A stretch of 64,000 bases of DNA. Source: Candidatus Latescibacterota bacterium (GTDB lineage: Bacteria; Latescibacterota; UBA2968; GCA-2709665). Of the stretch, positions 1 to 9,987 are shown piece by piece. A program made the translations under genes and the position numbers. The stretch is taken from positions 841,913 through 905,912 of the forward strand of contig CAXXXF010000015.1 in the NCBI GenBank assembly GCA_963667175.2, given 5' to 3'. The notes beneath the pieces are model-generated. The model did no database searches. It worked only from the letters and a program-made list of their open reading frames with translations, and had not been told where the DNA came from. Each line of letters starts with the position of its first letter. Within the stretch, counting starts at the first letter, position 1.

Positions 1-613
1 CGTTTTCGTAGTAACAGCGCAGGGCAACAACCCAGTGCCGGCCGTCGTGGCGATACTGTCCCGTTCGCCGGGCGACGATGGAGTTGAATCCGTCACAACC
101 CAGCACGAGGCTGGCGCGGTACGTGCGCTGTTGTCCGTTGGCGCTGCCGGTTACGCCCGTCACGGTGCCGTTTTTCCGGACAAGGTCCTTTACCGTAAAC
201 CCCTCGATGCACGTATCGACGGATTTACGGGCCTCGCGGAACAGAAAGGCGTCGAATACCGTCCGGCGGATGACAAACCCCTCCATGGGGAGATCACGCC
301 CGGTACCGACGTCGTGAAGGGTATGCCGCTCCAGGTCGATCCGGGCATCCACGTGATTCGGGCTGCTGAAGACGATCTTATTGATGAACGCGCCGGGCAG
401 GTCCCGGATCTTTTCGAGCAGTCCGAGTTCGAGCAGGACAGCCACGGCTTTTCCCGACAGGGCGTCGCCGCAGACTTTGTCTCTGGGAAAAGTGGATTTG
501 TCCAGCAGAAGGGTCTTGAGACCGTGGCGGGACGCGTACAACGCTGCCGCGGCGCCCGCCGGCCCCGCGCCGACGATGATCAGATCGTAGGTGGCTCGTT
601 GAAGGTCCGGCAT
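1..613 (-). CDS. Geranylgeranyl reductase-family NAD(P)/FAD-dependent oxidoreductase, 3'-truncated by window edge
   Basis: Not in the ORF track. Manual minus-strand translation from ATG 613 gives MPDLQRATYDLIIVGAGPAGAAAALYASRHGLKTLLLDKSTFPRDKVCGDALS, with the GxGxxG FAD motif and the family FPRDKxCGD motif. Confidence 0.85.
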   Translation of the reverse strand, partial: MPDLQRATYDLIIVGAGPAGAAAALYASRHGLKTLLLDKSTFPRDKVCGDALSGKAVAVLLELGLLEKIRDLPGAFINKIVFSSPNHVDARIDLERHTLHDVGTGRDLPMEGFVIRRTVFDAFLFREARKSVDTCIEGFTVKDLVRKNGTVTGVTGSANGQQRTYRASLVLGCDGFNSIVARRTGQYRHDGRHWVVALRCYYEN

Positions 614-701
614 GGAATCTCAGAATTGCAACGTCGTTGAATTCGTCCTTCGGTACCACGTAACTTATTCTGATCGGGCGCCCGCGTCAAGCGGGAAAAC
701 C

Positions 702-2903
702 ATGCCGCCCGAGGCCGGGGATGGTGAATTGAGCAGACGACGCACGCGAAATTCCAGGCTGGAACGCCCCAACGGACTTCGCCGACCCACGACCGTGGCC
801 GCCGTCTTCCTGGGTCTCCACGTCGTTCTGGCATACTGGCGTCCCAATCCCTTCTGGGGCGCCGACCTCCTTGCCTATTATCCCGATTCTCTGAAGGTCG
901 CCTTCATCCTGCTGGCGATACTCGTTTTCATTCCCTGCGCGCGCGCCCGTTTCCGCGCCCTGGTCGCGGCCCTGTCGTGCGCCGTCTGGGGCAGCGGCGT
1001 CCGCGCCCGGATCGTCCGCATCCTGCTGATTCTCCTGGCGCTGGCCGGATTCATTGCGCTGCAGTCCTCGCGGCACCTCCTCGGCGACGGGTACCTGTAT
1101 CTACGGGAACTGGATGCCGGCGTCACGCAGCGCGTCGACCGTGCGCCGCTTACCTTCGCGCTGATTCGCGTGCTGCATCACGCCGGCGCCGAGGTATGGC
1201 ATACCGCCGAGAATACGTACCGGGTCTACAGCTATGCCTCCGGTCTCCTGTACATCCTGCTTGCATTTGCCACGGCCGGCGTTCTCGGGAAGAACGACCG
1301 CGAAAAATCCGTGGGTTTGGCGTTCCTCGTCACCGCCGGATACGTGCAACTCTTCTTCGGTTACGTGGAGAATTACGCTTTCTACATGCCGGCCGGTCTG
1401 CTGTACCTGCTTGCGGGTCTTCGGAGTCTGGAAAACCGGGCGCCTCTGTGGGTACCCGCGCTGGCGCTCGGCCTGCTCATCCCGTTCCACTTTCTGTTTG
1501 TTCTCTTTGTGCCTTCCCTGCTCATCCTCGCGTATTTCAGGCACAGGCGCCGGGAGACATCAACGCCGCGATGGAAGCGGGTTCCGGCCAACGTCGCCGC
1601 GTTGTGCGCCACCCCGATTGCCGCCGTGCTGGTCTTCTGGCTGGCCGGGTTCGACGCCGGCGCCTTTCTGGAGCGGACCGGCGGCAAACACCACGTCCTC
1701 CCGCTGTTTTCGGACCCCGGATTCCACGCGCCCTACCGCATCCTTTCCATCTCGCATTTGCTCGACTTCGTCAACCTGCAGATCCTTTCCGCTCCGGCCG
1801 CGTTGATGGCGCTGTGCCTGTTCGGCAGGCAGGAGTTACGTCACCATCCGTTCCTGCTTGCCGCCGCCGCCGTTCCACTCTTCTTTACGTTCATTGCCAA
1901 CCCAGAAATCGGCGCATTCAGAGACTGGGACATTCTCGCGCTCCCCGCCCTGCCGCTCACACTCTGGGCTGCCTCGGCGCTTCTGGAGAACGGCCGGCGG
2001 TCAAAGCGGCGAGCCCGCAACGTCTCCGTGATCTGCGCCGCGGCCGCCCTGCACACCATACTTTGGATCGGGGTGAATGCCAACCCGGCGGCCGCCGAGG
2101 CGCGGTATACGCAACTCATGGGACGGCTCAGCGGACATGCGGGCTCCTACGGATGGGAGACGCTCGGGACGTACCACCGGCTGCAAGGGAAAACGGTACA
2201 AGCGCTCAACGCCTATCGGCGCGCGCTCGACGCGAATCCGCAGAACCCCCGACACTGGATGTCGGTCGGGATCATCTACTGCGACCTCGGCCGGGCGGAG
2301 CGTGGGATCGACCACCTCAGAAAGGCGGTGGAGATCCAGCCCGACCTCGCCGAGGCGCATATCAATCTGGGCGCCGCCTACCTGGGGACGGGGCGGCGCG
2401 GGGAAGCGACTGAGCACCTCGAGAAAGCCGTTGAACTCCAGCCCGGAAGCGCGCTCGCGCTCGTCAACCTCGGCGCCGCCTACAACGAAGCGGGAAGGTT
2501 CAGCGAGGCTGTCGACCCACTTGGCAAGGCGCTTGAGATACAGCCGGGACACGCGGGCGCACATGTCAATATCGGCGCGTCCTACCACGGTCTCGGCCGG
2601 TACGAGGAGGCGGTCGAACACCTGAAGGAAGCACTCGAGCTCCAGCCCGCGCTGCGCAGCGCACAGACCTATCTGAACATCGGCGGCACCTATCACAGCA
2701 TGGGGCGGTACGAAGAGGCGATTCCGTACCTTATGAAAGCCATTGAAATCAACCCCCGCCTTACGAACGCCTACTTCAACCTGGGCCTGGCCTACGGCGC
2801 TCTGAATCGCATGGAGGAAGCCAGAGCCAACCTGCGAAGGGTCCTTGAGCTGAATCCGAACGACCCCCAGGCGCCGGTGATCAGACAGTTGTTGAGGCAA
2901 TGA
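702..2903 (+). CDS. Multi-pass membrane protein with C-terminal TPR array
   Basis: Many hydrophobic helices, then about 7 TPR units (AHINLGAAY...A.EHL.KA.E.QP). Start set at ATG 702 because ATG 612 overlaps the divergent gene start. Confidence 0.8.
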   Translation: MPPEAGDGELSRRRTRNSRLERPNGLRRPTTVAAVFLGLHVVLAYWRPNPFWGADLLAYYPDSLKVAFILLAILVFIPCARARFRALVAALSCAVWGSGVRARIVRILLILLALAGFIALQSSRHLLGDGYLYLRELDAGVTQRVDRAPLTFALIRVLHHAGAEVWHTAENTYRVYSYASGLLYILLAFATAGVLGKNDREKSVGLAFLVTAGYVQLFFGYVENYAFYMPAGLLYLLAGLRSLENRAPLWVPALALGLLIPFHFLFVLFVPSLLILAYFRHRRRETSTPRWKRVPANVAALCATPIAAVLVFWLAGFDAGAFLERTGGKHHVLPLFSDPGFHAPYRILSISHLLDFVNLQILSAPAALMALCLFGRQELRHHPFLLAAAAVPLFFTFIANPEIGAFRDWDILALPALPLTLWAASALLENGRRSKRRARNVSVICAAAALHTILWIGVNANPAAAEARYTQLMGRLSGHAGSYGWETLGTYHRLQGKTVQALNAYRRALDANPQNPRHWMSVGIIYCDLGRAERGIDHLRKAVEIQPDLAEAHINLGAAYLGTGRRGEATEHLEKAVELQPGSALALVNLGAAYNEAGRFSEAVDPLGKALEIQPGHAGAHVNIGASYHGLGRYEEAVEHLKEALELQPALRSAQTYLNIGGTYHSMGRYEEAIPYLMKAIEINPRLTNAYFNLGLAYGALNRMEEARANLRRVLELNPNDPQAPVIRQLLRQ

Positions 2904-2951
2904 GCTAACGTCTCCCCGCCTTTAGTGGTTGCTTTATCACAGGTGACGTAA

Positions 2952-3788
2952 TTGGACCGAATCTACTTCATATCCGACGTCCACATCGGGTCGCCGGGAA
3001 TCGGCGGCAGCGCCCGCGAGCGGGAAGACGTCCTGATCGACTTTCTGAAGTCGATCCGCCACAACGCCGGGGCGCTCTATATTGTCGGCGATCTATTCGA
3101 CTTCTGGTTCGAATACCGCACAACCATCCCTTCGACCGGCGCCCGCGTCCTGTTCGAACTCTACAACCTGGTGGAGTCCGGCGTTCGCGTGATCTACCTG
3201 CCCGGCAATCACGACCTCTGGCCGGGCGAGTACTTCTCCGAGCAACTCGGCGTTGAACTCCCCGGCGGCCCGATCACGGTCGCCCATCAGGGACTCAGAA
3301 TCCACGTCGCCCACGGCGACGAAATCCGGACCGACTGGCGGTTCCGCCTGAGCCGCGGTATCCTGAAAAACCGGCTTTGCATGGGCCTGTTTCGACTGCT
3401 TCACCCGGACCTGGGCGCCACCCTCGCCCGGTACACCTCCCGGCTTTCCGAGTTCCGGATCCGGAGGCGGGGTTCCGGGAACCGGGAGTTTCTCTACAGG
3501 GCCGCCAGAGGGAAAATCGCGCACGGCGTGGATGTCGTGATCCACGGACACTACCACTTTTCGCTTCACGCTCACGTGGGCGGTTCGCCGGACGATCCGG
3601 CCAGACCGAACGCGGGCCCCGGGAAGGGCGCCAATGACCTGGACGAACGCAGCGGCGAACTCGTTGTCCTGGGCGACTGGATTCAAAAGTACACCTACGC
3701 GGTTCTGGAAAACGGGAGCATCAGGCTCGAGAAATGGGAAGAGCACCGTTCGACCGATCCGGCGGTTGCCCCGGAGGAAGCCGGGTAA
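2952..3788 (+). CDS. lpxH: UDP-2,3-diacylglucosamine diphosphatase-like metallophosphoesterase (LpxH family)
   Basis: FISDVH, GDLFDFWFEY, PGNHD, HGD, GHYH and LGDW motifs. Confidence 0.8.
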   Translation: MDRIYFISDVHIGSPGIGGSAREREDVLIDFLKSIRHNAGALYIVGDLFDFWFEYRTTIPSTGARVLFELYNLVESGVRVIYLPGNHDLWPGEYFSEQLGVELPGGPITVAHQGLRIHVAHGDEIRTDWRFRLSRGILKNRLCMGLFRLLHPDLGATLARYTSRLSEFRIRRRGSGNREFLYRAARGKIAHGVDVVIHGHYHFSLHAHVGGSPDDPARPNAGPGKGANDLDERSGELVVLGDWIQKYTYAVLENGSIRLEKWEEHRSTDPAVAPEEAG

Positions 3789-3850
3789 CGGAATGGGGGC
3801 GCGCCACCGGCCCCGCCCGATGCCGTCACACGACCATCAGAGGGCGTCAC

Positions 3851-5341
3851 ATGATTCTCGCCATCGACCAGGGCACCACGGGCACGACCGTGCTCGTTAT
3901 CAACCGTAGAGGCGACGTCAGGGGCCGCGCCTACACGGAATTCAATCAGATTTACCCGCAGCCCGGCTGGGTATCGCACAACGTGGAGGAAATCTGGCGT
4001 TCCACGCTCGGCGTGATCGCCGAGGCCTTACGAAACGCAGGTGTGCGTACCGCGGACCTGGCCGGCATCGGGATCACCAACCAGCGGGAAACCACCGTCC
4101 TCTGGGACCGATGCACGGGTGAACCCGTCCACGACGCCATTGTGTGGCAGTGCCGGCGTACGACAGACCTGTGTCGCGCGTACCGGGAACGAGGGCTCGA
4201 GGAAACGGTCAGTGAAAAAACGGGTCTTGTCATCGACCCCTACTTTTCCGCGACCAAAATCGCCTGGCTCCTGGAAAACGTGCCCGGCCTACGAAGGCGT
4301 GCCGAGGCAGGCGACGTCTGCTTCGGCACCATGGACGCCTATCTTCTGTACCGCTTGACCGGCGGCAAGGTACACGCGACGGATCTCACCAATGCATCCC
4401 GAACCATGTGTTTCAATATCCACACGAAGACATGGGACGCCGACCTGCTGGACGCGTTCGACGTTCCGCGGGCGATCCTCCCGGAGGTCCACCCTTCCGC
4501 CCATGTGTTCGGAATCACCGCGGGCGGGGGCCCGTTGCCGGAAGGCATTCCCATCGCCGGGATCGCGGGAGACCAGCAGGCCGCCCTCTTCGGTCAGCGC
4601 GGCGTTTCCGAGGGTGACGTCAAGAACACCTATGGGACCGGCTGCTTCGCTCTGTTCCATACGGGATCCAACGCGTTCTCGTCGCAGAACGGCCTGCTCA
4701 CCACGCTCGCCTGCGACGCCCGCGGCGGTCCGGCCTTCGCCCTGGAAGGCTCCGTCTTCAGCGCCGGATCGGCCGTTCAGTGGTTGCGCGACGGCCTGGG
4801 CCTGATCGCGGAGTCGTCCGATACGGAAGTCCTTGCCCGATCGGTTCCGGATAACAACGGCGTCTACCTGGTCCCCGCGTTCACGGGCCTGGGCGCGCCC
4901 TACTGGGATCCGGACGCACGCGGAACCATTGTGGGCATCAACCGCGGAACGGACCGGGCCCACCTCGCGCGCGCCGCGCTCGAATCCATCGCCTATCAGA
5001 GCGCCGCGCTCGTAGACGCCATGGCCGCGGACACGCGCCGCCCGGTTACCGGAATCCGCGTTGACGGCGGCGCATCCGCGAACGACTTCCTGATGCAGTT
5101 CCAGGCGGATATCCTCAATACGCGCGTGATCCGGCCCCGGCATACCGAGACAACCGCCCTGGGGGCCGCCATGCTCGCGGGGCTTACGACCGGCTTCTGG
5201 ACCGGCCCTGAGGCGCTTTCGGAACTGAATCCACCCGAACGTACGTTCGAACCCTCCATGTCCCAAAAAAAGCGCGAAGCCCTGCTGAATCGCTGGCGTC
5301 ACGCCGTTCAGACCGCCCGTAGCCACGGGAATCCGGAATAA
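3851..5341 (+). CDS. glpK: Glycerol kinase
   Basis: ILAIDQGTT, GITNQRETT, AIVWQCRRT, DPYFSATK, GDQQAALFG, KNTYGTGCF, PAFTGLGAPYW motifs. Confidence 0.95.
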   Translation: MILAIDQGTTGTTVLVINRRGDVRGRAYTEFNQIYPQPGWVSHNVEEIWRSTLGVIAEALRNAGVRTADLAGIGITNQRETTVLWDRCTGEPVHDAIVWQCRRTTDLCRAYRERGLEETVSEKTGLVIDPYFSATKIAWLLENVPGLRRRAEAGDVCFGTMDAYLLYRLTGGKVHATDLTNASRTMCFNIHTKTWDADLLDAFDVPRAILPEVHPSAHVFGITAGGGPLPEGIPIAGIAGDQQAALFGQRGVSEGDVKNTYGTGCFALFHTGSNAFSSQNGLLTTLACDARGGPAFALEGSVFSAGSAVQWLRDGLGLIAESSDTEVLARSVPDNNGVYLVPAFTGLGAPYWDPDARGTIVGINRGTDRAHLARAALESIAYQSAALVDAMAADTRRPVTGIRVDGGASANDFLMQFQADILNTRVIRPRHTETTALGAAMLAGLTTGFWTGPEALSELNPPERTFEPSMSQKKREALLNRWRHAVQTARSHGNPE

Positions 5342-5375
5342 AAAAAGCGATCGCTAAGAGCGGGGAGACGGAGAA

Positions 5376-5410
5376 AGGAAGAACGAAGAACGAAGAAGGA
5401 AGAAGGAAAA
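5376..5410. repeat. Short purine-rich heptamer tandem repeat (GAAGAAC/GAAGAAG)
   Basis: aggaagaacgaagaacgaagaaggaagaagg downstream of glpK. Confidence 0.6.
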
Positions 5411-5561
5411 CCTGAAACCAGTGAGACGTGAGAGGGTAGACGGGAGAGGTGGTGGTAACTCTTCCGAATGATACCTCCACACGTGGACTCTCGTTACATC
5501 AAATGGAAATTACTTTAAAGTTTCCCAATCAACTAGAGGACAGTTGACAATGCATTTCAAA

Positions 5562-6206
5562 TCATCTTCTCCACCTATTCGGACAACGCAGGATATTGCC
5601 ATCACGCTTTCTTATCTCCAAGGGCAACCTGCTTTTTCGAAATCTGCTTTCCCTGATCGGAAATGCGCTCGTTGAAACCGCGGATAGTTCGTTTGAATGC
5701 CTGCCGGGTGGGAATGCAACAATGACCCGTTTATTTGGATGGCGCGCAATTACTGCCTTTATTGGGGGAGACAGATCGCTGTCACCGGATACCACGATTG
5801 CGGTGTCAAACCTGTCATCATGTGCGTCACAGAGCAATTCAACGGCAATGGATACATCAGTCTTCTTCTCTTCGGCGCCGTACCAATTTGCTCCGCATCG
5901 CCTGCAGCTAACAGACTTATCGATATAATGACCATAGTAGAACGTAACGTCTCCAATGGCTTCCAACGCTTCAAGGTAGGTGTTCTGGCGTTTCCATTTT
6001 CCCCAGTTTCCCGGTCTTTGGGATACACGCGACGTAAAATACTTAACCGCTTCCAATTCCTGAGAATCCTTAAGCAGGGATTCTGACAATCGCACTAAAT
6101 CGAGCCAGAGATAGCGATTACTCCACTTTTCTTTTATTCCAAAGTAGAGGTTGAATCCGTCTACGTATGCAATGACCCGATTCTTATTACGCATCTTCCG
6201 TGTCAC
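5562..6206 (-). CDS. NYN-domain (LabA/DUF88, PIN-like) nuclease with CxxC insert
   Basis: YVDGFNLY, EEKKTDVSIA, VSGDSDL acidic motifs and CRRC; AT-richer than flanks. Confidence 0.9.
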   Translation of the reverse strand: MTRKMRNKNRVIAYVDGFNLYFGIKEKWSNRYLWLDLVRLSESLLKDSQELEAVKYFTSRVSQRPGNWGKWKRQNTYLEALEAIGDVTFYYGHYIDKSVSCRRCGANWYGAEEKKTDVSIAVELLCDAHDDRFDTAIVVSGDSDLSPPIKAVIARHPNKRVIVAFPPGRHSNELSAVSTSAFPIRESRFRKSRLPLEIRKRDGNILRCPNRWRR

Positions 6207-6215
6207 CGGTTTTTA

Positions 6216-6244
6216 TTGACAATTACTCTAGTGATTGGTATATT
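6216..6244 (+). promoter_or_regulatory. Near-consensus sigma70 promoter divergent from the NYN gene
   Basis: TTGACA (6216-6221), 17 nt spacer, TATATT (6239-6244). Confidence 0.75.
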
Positions 6245-6250
6245 GGTGAC

Positions 6251-6331
6251 GTGCTATAGCATTTGTGCCCCCCGGAGGATAGTATTCTCCGGCCCGACGC
6301 CCACTGTCTCTGACAGGGGCGTTTCTTTTTT
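6251..6331 (+). ncRNA. Candidate ~80-nt small RNA (two hairpins, intrinsic terminator)
   Basis: Follows the promoter. Hairpin CCGGAGGAT-agt-ATTCTCCGG, then ACGCCC-a-CTGTC-tct-GACAG-GGGCGT followed by TTCTTTTTT. Confidence 0.55.
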
Positions 6332-6460
6332 GAATCTGACGGCTTTCGGATTTTTGCTCAATTCGATTTCCCACTTCCGGAGTCCGTCCAAACGTGGGTA
6401 TGGCGGCCCTCTGCCTTCCCTCCGCTCCCCCGACAGTCGCCGTCAAATGGAAGGGTGCGG

Positions 6461-6500
6461 TCCTCTCCCGCCTTTTGGAGAGGGGGCCGGGGGAGAGGTC
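6461..6500. repeat. REP-like GC-rich imperfect palindrome
   Basis: tcctctcccgccttttggagagggggccgggggagaggt. Confidence 0.5.
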
Positions 6501-6581
6501 TGCGTTGACTTTCGCTTTTGATTCAAGCTGACAGCTGAAAGCTGACCGCTGATTGCTGCTTTTCTCCCCCTCTCCCCGCCT

Positions 6582-8255
6582 CTATTCGTCCGTCACGCAT
6601 CCTTCCGATGCAGTCGTGACGGTCTTGATGTATTTGTATAGCGTGCCTTGCGTTGCCTTGTATGGGGGGGGCGTCCAGGCTGCCCGCCGTCTTGCCAGTT
6701 CCTCGTCGTCCAGGTTGACGTTGATCTCGTTGGCTACCGCGTCAATGGTGATCACGTCGCCGTTTTCGATCAGGGCGATGGCGCCGCCCTCCTGCGCTTC
6801 GGGCGTGATATGCCCCACGACGAACCCGTGCGAACCCCCCGAAAAGCGTCCGTCCGTTATCAACGCCACGTCATTGCCCAGGCCCGCGCCCATGATCACC
6901 GACGTGGGCGTGAGCATCTCCGGCATGCCGGGACCGCCTTTGGGCCCCTCATAGCGGATGACGACAACGCATCCCTTCTTGACGTCGTTTCGCTCCACCG
7001 CTCCGAGGAGGTCCTCCTCGCGGTCGAACACCATCGCGGGCCCGGTGAACCGCACGCCCTCCTTGCCCGTAATCTTGGCCACCGCGCCCTCGGAAGCCAG
7101 GTTTCCACGCAAGATCCGCAGATGCCCGGTGGTTTTTATCGGCCGGTCGAGCGAGCGAACCACCTGCTGCCCCTCGTCGAGCCCGGGCAACTCCGCCAGG
7201 TTCTCCGCGATCGTCCTTCCCGTTACCGTCAGACAGTCGCCGTTCAGCAGGCCGTTCTCGAGCAGGACCTTCATTGCGCCGGGCGTTCCGCCCACGTTGT
7301 GCAGATCTTCCATGACGAATTGTCCGCTTGGCTTGAAGTCCGACAACAGAGGCACCCGGTCGCTCACCGCCTGAAAATCGTCGATTGTCAACGGGACGCC
7401 GACGGATTTCGCGATTGCGATCATGTGCAGCACCGCGTTGGTCGATCCGCCAAGGGCCATCACCACGACGATCGCGTTTTCGAATGCCTCGCGCGTCATG
7501 ACGTCGCGGGGTTTGATGTCCTTCTCGAGCAGGTTCCGGATGGCCGCGCCGGACTGGAAGCACTCCTCCAGTTTTCCCTTGTCCACGGCCGGCGTCGAGG
7601 AACTGTAGGGCAGCGACATGCCCATCGCTTCGATGGCGGACGCCATCGTGTTCGCGGTGTACATCCCCCCGCACGCGCCGGCGCCCGGACAGGCGTGCTG
7701 CACGACGCCCTTCCGTCCCTCCTCGTCCAACTCGCCGGCCAGGTACTCGCCGTAGCTCTGAAAGGCGGACACGATGTCCAGCTTCTTGCGGTCTCGGAAG
7801 CCCGGTTTGATCGTGCCTCCGTAGATCATCAACGACGGCCGGTTCAACCGCCCCATCGCCATCACGCAGCCGGGCATATTCTTGTCGCAGCCCGGGAGGG
7901 ATATATTGGCGTCGTACCACTGCGCGCCCATCACGGTTTCTATGGAATCCGCAATGAGGTCCCGCGACTGCAGCGAAAAGCTCATGCCTTCGGTGCCCAT
8001 CGAGATCCCGTCGCTGACGCCGATGGTGTTGAATCGCATGCCCAGCAGACCCGCCGCGTCCACGCCCTGCTTCACCTTCGCCGCGAGGTCCAGGAGATGC
8101 ATATTGCAGGTATTGCCTTCATACCACATGCTGGCGACGCCGACCTGCGCCTTGTCCATATCCGCTTCGGTCATTCCGGTTCCGTACAACATCGCCTGGG
8201 ACGCGCCCTGGGACTTCACCTGCGTAATGCGGGAACTGTACTTGTTCAGCGCCAT
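6582..8255 (-). CDS. ilvD: Dihydroxy-acid dehydratase
   Basis: [65 protein letters not shown]. Confidence 0.97.
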   Translation of the reverse strand: MALNKYSSRITQVKSQGASQAMLYGTGMTEADMDKAQVGVASMWYEGNTCNMHLLDLAAKVKQGVDAAGLLGMRFNTIGVSDGISMGTEGMSFSLQSRDLIADSIETVMGAQWYDANISLPGCDKNMPGCVMAMGRLNRPSLMIYGGTIKPGFRDRKKLDIVSAFQSYGEYLAGELDEEGRKGVVQHACPGAGACGGMYTANTMASAIEAMGMSLPYSSSTPAVDKGKLEECFQSGAAIRNLLEKDIKPRDVMTREAFENAIVVVMALGGSTNAVLHMIAIAKSVGVPLTIDDFQAVSDRVPLLSDFKPSGQFVMEDLHNVGGTPGAMKVLLENGLLNGDCLTVTGRTIAENLAELPGLDEGQQVVRSLDRPIKTTGHLRILRGNLASEGAVAKITGKEGVRFTGPAMVFDREEDLLGAVERNDVKKGCVVVIRYEGPKGGPGMPEMLTPTSVIMGAGLGNDVALITDGRFSGGSHGFVVGHITPEAQEGGAIALIENGDVITIDAVANEINVNLDDEELARRRAAWTPPPYKATQGTLYKYIKTVTTASEGCVTDE

Positions 8256-8441
8256 GGTGTTCCTTTCCCGGTTGTCGCCCTGAAGCCCTGTTGTTGCCGC
8301 GGGTCCGGGTCATTTCCGTTTTGTATCCGTCGAATCGCGATTTAATTTAATCGAATCTGTGAAACCGGTCAACTGTCACAAGGGAGCTATCAACTGTCAG
8401 CCATCAGCGATCAGCAAGAGGCAAAAGGCGAGACCTACCCC

Positions 8442-9719
8442 ATGACGTCTGAAGACACGACGAAGACCGAACTCGCTCAGGATTCGAGCGCCGCGCCCGT
8501 CTCACAGACGGAACGCATCGACTCGATCGACGTCCTGCGCGGCTTCGCCCTTCTCGGCATCCTCGTGATGAACATTCAGGCGTTTGCCATGCCCCAGGCG
8601 GCGTATTTCAACCCGACCGTGTACGGCGACCTCACCGGCGCGAACCGCTACGTCTGGATCGCGGGCCGGATGTTCGCCGACCAGAAGTTCATGACGATCT
8701 TCTCCCTGCTCTTCGGCGCGGGCATCGTCCTGATGACGGGCCGGGCCGAGGCGCGCGGCGACGCCCGCCGGGTGCATTACCGCCGCATGAGGTGGCTGCT
8801 GGTCATCGGGCTTCTCCATGGACACCTTCTCTGGTGGGGCGATATCCTCTTCCATTACGCGGTCTGCGGGATGCTGGTGTACCCGCTGCGCCGGCAGTCG
8901 CCGAGAAGGCTGATCGCCATTGGATTGGCGCTGCTCCTGGCTGCTTCCGCGTTCTGGGGTCTGGTGGGCCTGTCATTTCCGTACTGGCCGGAGGAGGTAC
9001 GCGCCGAGATCGAGGAAGAAGCCTGGCGGCCGACGCAGGAGAAGATCGACGCGGAACTCGCCACGTACCGCGGCGGCTGGCTCGATCAGTTGCCGCACCG
9101 TTCGGTGACGGCGATCGAGAACCACGCGTTTTTGCTGATCATTTGGGCTGTATGGCGCGCCGGCGGGTTGATGCTGATCGGGATGGCGCTTTTCAAGAAA
9201 GAGGTGTTCAGCGCGCGGCGCTCGACTGGCTTCTACGCGGCGCTGATCGCCGTGGCGGCCGCGGTCGGCCTTCCGCTACAGGCATACGGAATCTCACTCA
9301 GTTTTGCGGACGGATGGTCGTTCGGTTCGCTATTCGTAGACACGCAACTCGTCTACTGGACGAGCATTTCGGTCGGCCTCGGTTACGTGGGCGCCGTCAT
9401 GCTGGCGTGCCGCGCGGCCGCGCTTCGCCGATTCACGCGACCGTTCGCGGCCGTGGGCCAGACCGCTCTGACCAATTATCTGCTGCAAACGGTCATCTGT
9501 ACGACGATCTTCTACGGACACGGCCTCGGCTTGTTCGGCGCCGTGGACCGCGTGGGACAGGCGGGGGTGATGGCCGGCGTCTGCGCGGTGCAGCTGATCG
9601 TTTCGCCGCTGTGGCTGCGGCGGTTTCGCTTCGGTCCCGTCGAGTGGCTCTGGCGGTCGCTCACCTACCGCGCGCGCCAGCCCATGCGGCGGGTCCCTGT
9701 TCCTGAAACCGTGGCGTGA
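8442..9719 (+). CDS. DUF418 (YeiB-like) membrane protein
   Basis: RIDSIDVLRGFALLGIL, KFMTIFSLLFGAG, GDIL, ALTNYLLQT, FGPVEWLWRSLTY. Confidence 0.9.
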   Translation: MTSEDTTKTELAQDSSAAPVSQTERIDSIDVLRGFALLGILVMNIQAFAMPQAAYFNPTVYGDLTGANRYVWIAGRMFADQKFMTIFSLLFGAGIVLMTGRAEARGDARRVHYRRMRWLLVIGLLHGHLLWWGDILFHYAVCGMLVYPLRRQSPRRLIAIGLALLLAASAFWGLVGLSFPYWPEEVRAEIEEEAWRPTQEKIDAELATYRGGWLDQLPHRSVTAIENHAFLLIIWAVWRAGGLMLIGMALFKKEVFSARRSTGFYAALIAVAAAVGLPLQAYGISLSFADGWSFGSLFVDTQLVYWTSISVGLGYVGAVMLACRAAALRRFTRPFAAVGQTALTNYLLQTVICTTIFYGHGLGLFGAVDRVGQAGVMAGVCAVQLIVSPLWLRRFRFGPVEWLWRSLTYRARQPMRRVPVPETVA

Positions 9720-9987
9720 CCGCTGCGGTAACGGGTCGTTTTATCCGTCGACGCCGATGACTGCGATGGCAGGCGCCGCCTTCAACACAGCCAACATCTC
9801 GCCTTTCCGGGTTTTCAATCCGGTCAGGCGTTTTTTGTTGTCGGAAACCGCGTTTCTCGCGTCACGTCCGCTTCATTCCGGCCCTTCTTATGGACCGGAA
9901 AGGGAACGCTAAACCCGGCGTGTCAGTCTAACAGAACGGCCGCCATGATGTGAATTCATCGGACGCCGGGGGAAGAAGGAGGCGCAT

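Noticed and set aside
35-640. 201-aa plus-strand ORF
   Set aside because: Antisense shadow of the minus-strand FAD oxidoreductase.
6648-8345. 565-aa plus-strand ORF, and similar long antisense ORFs such as 15643-17658
   Set aside because: GC-rich shadows of ilvD and the TonB receptor; no motifs of their own.
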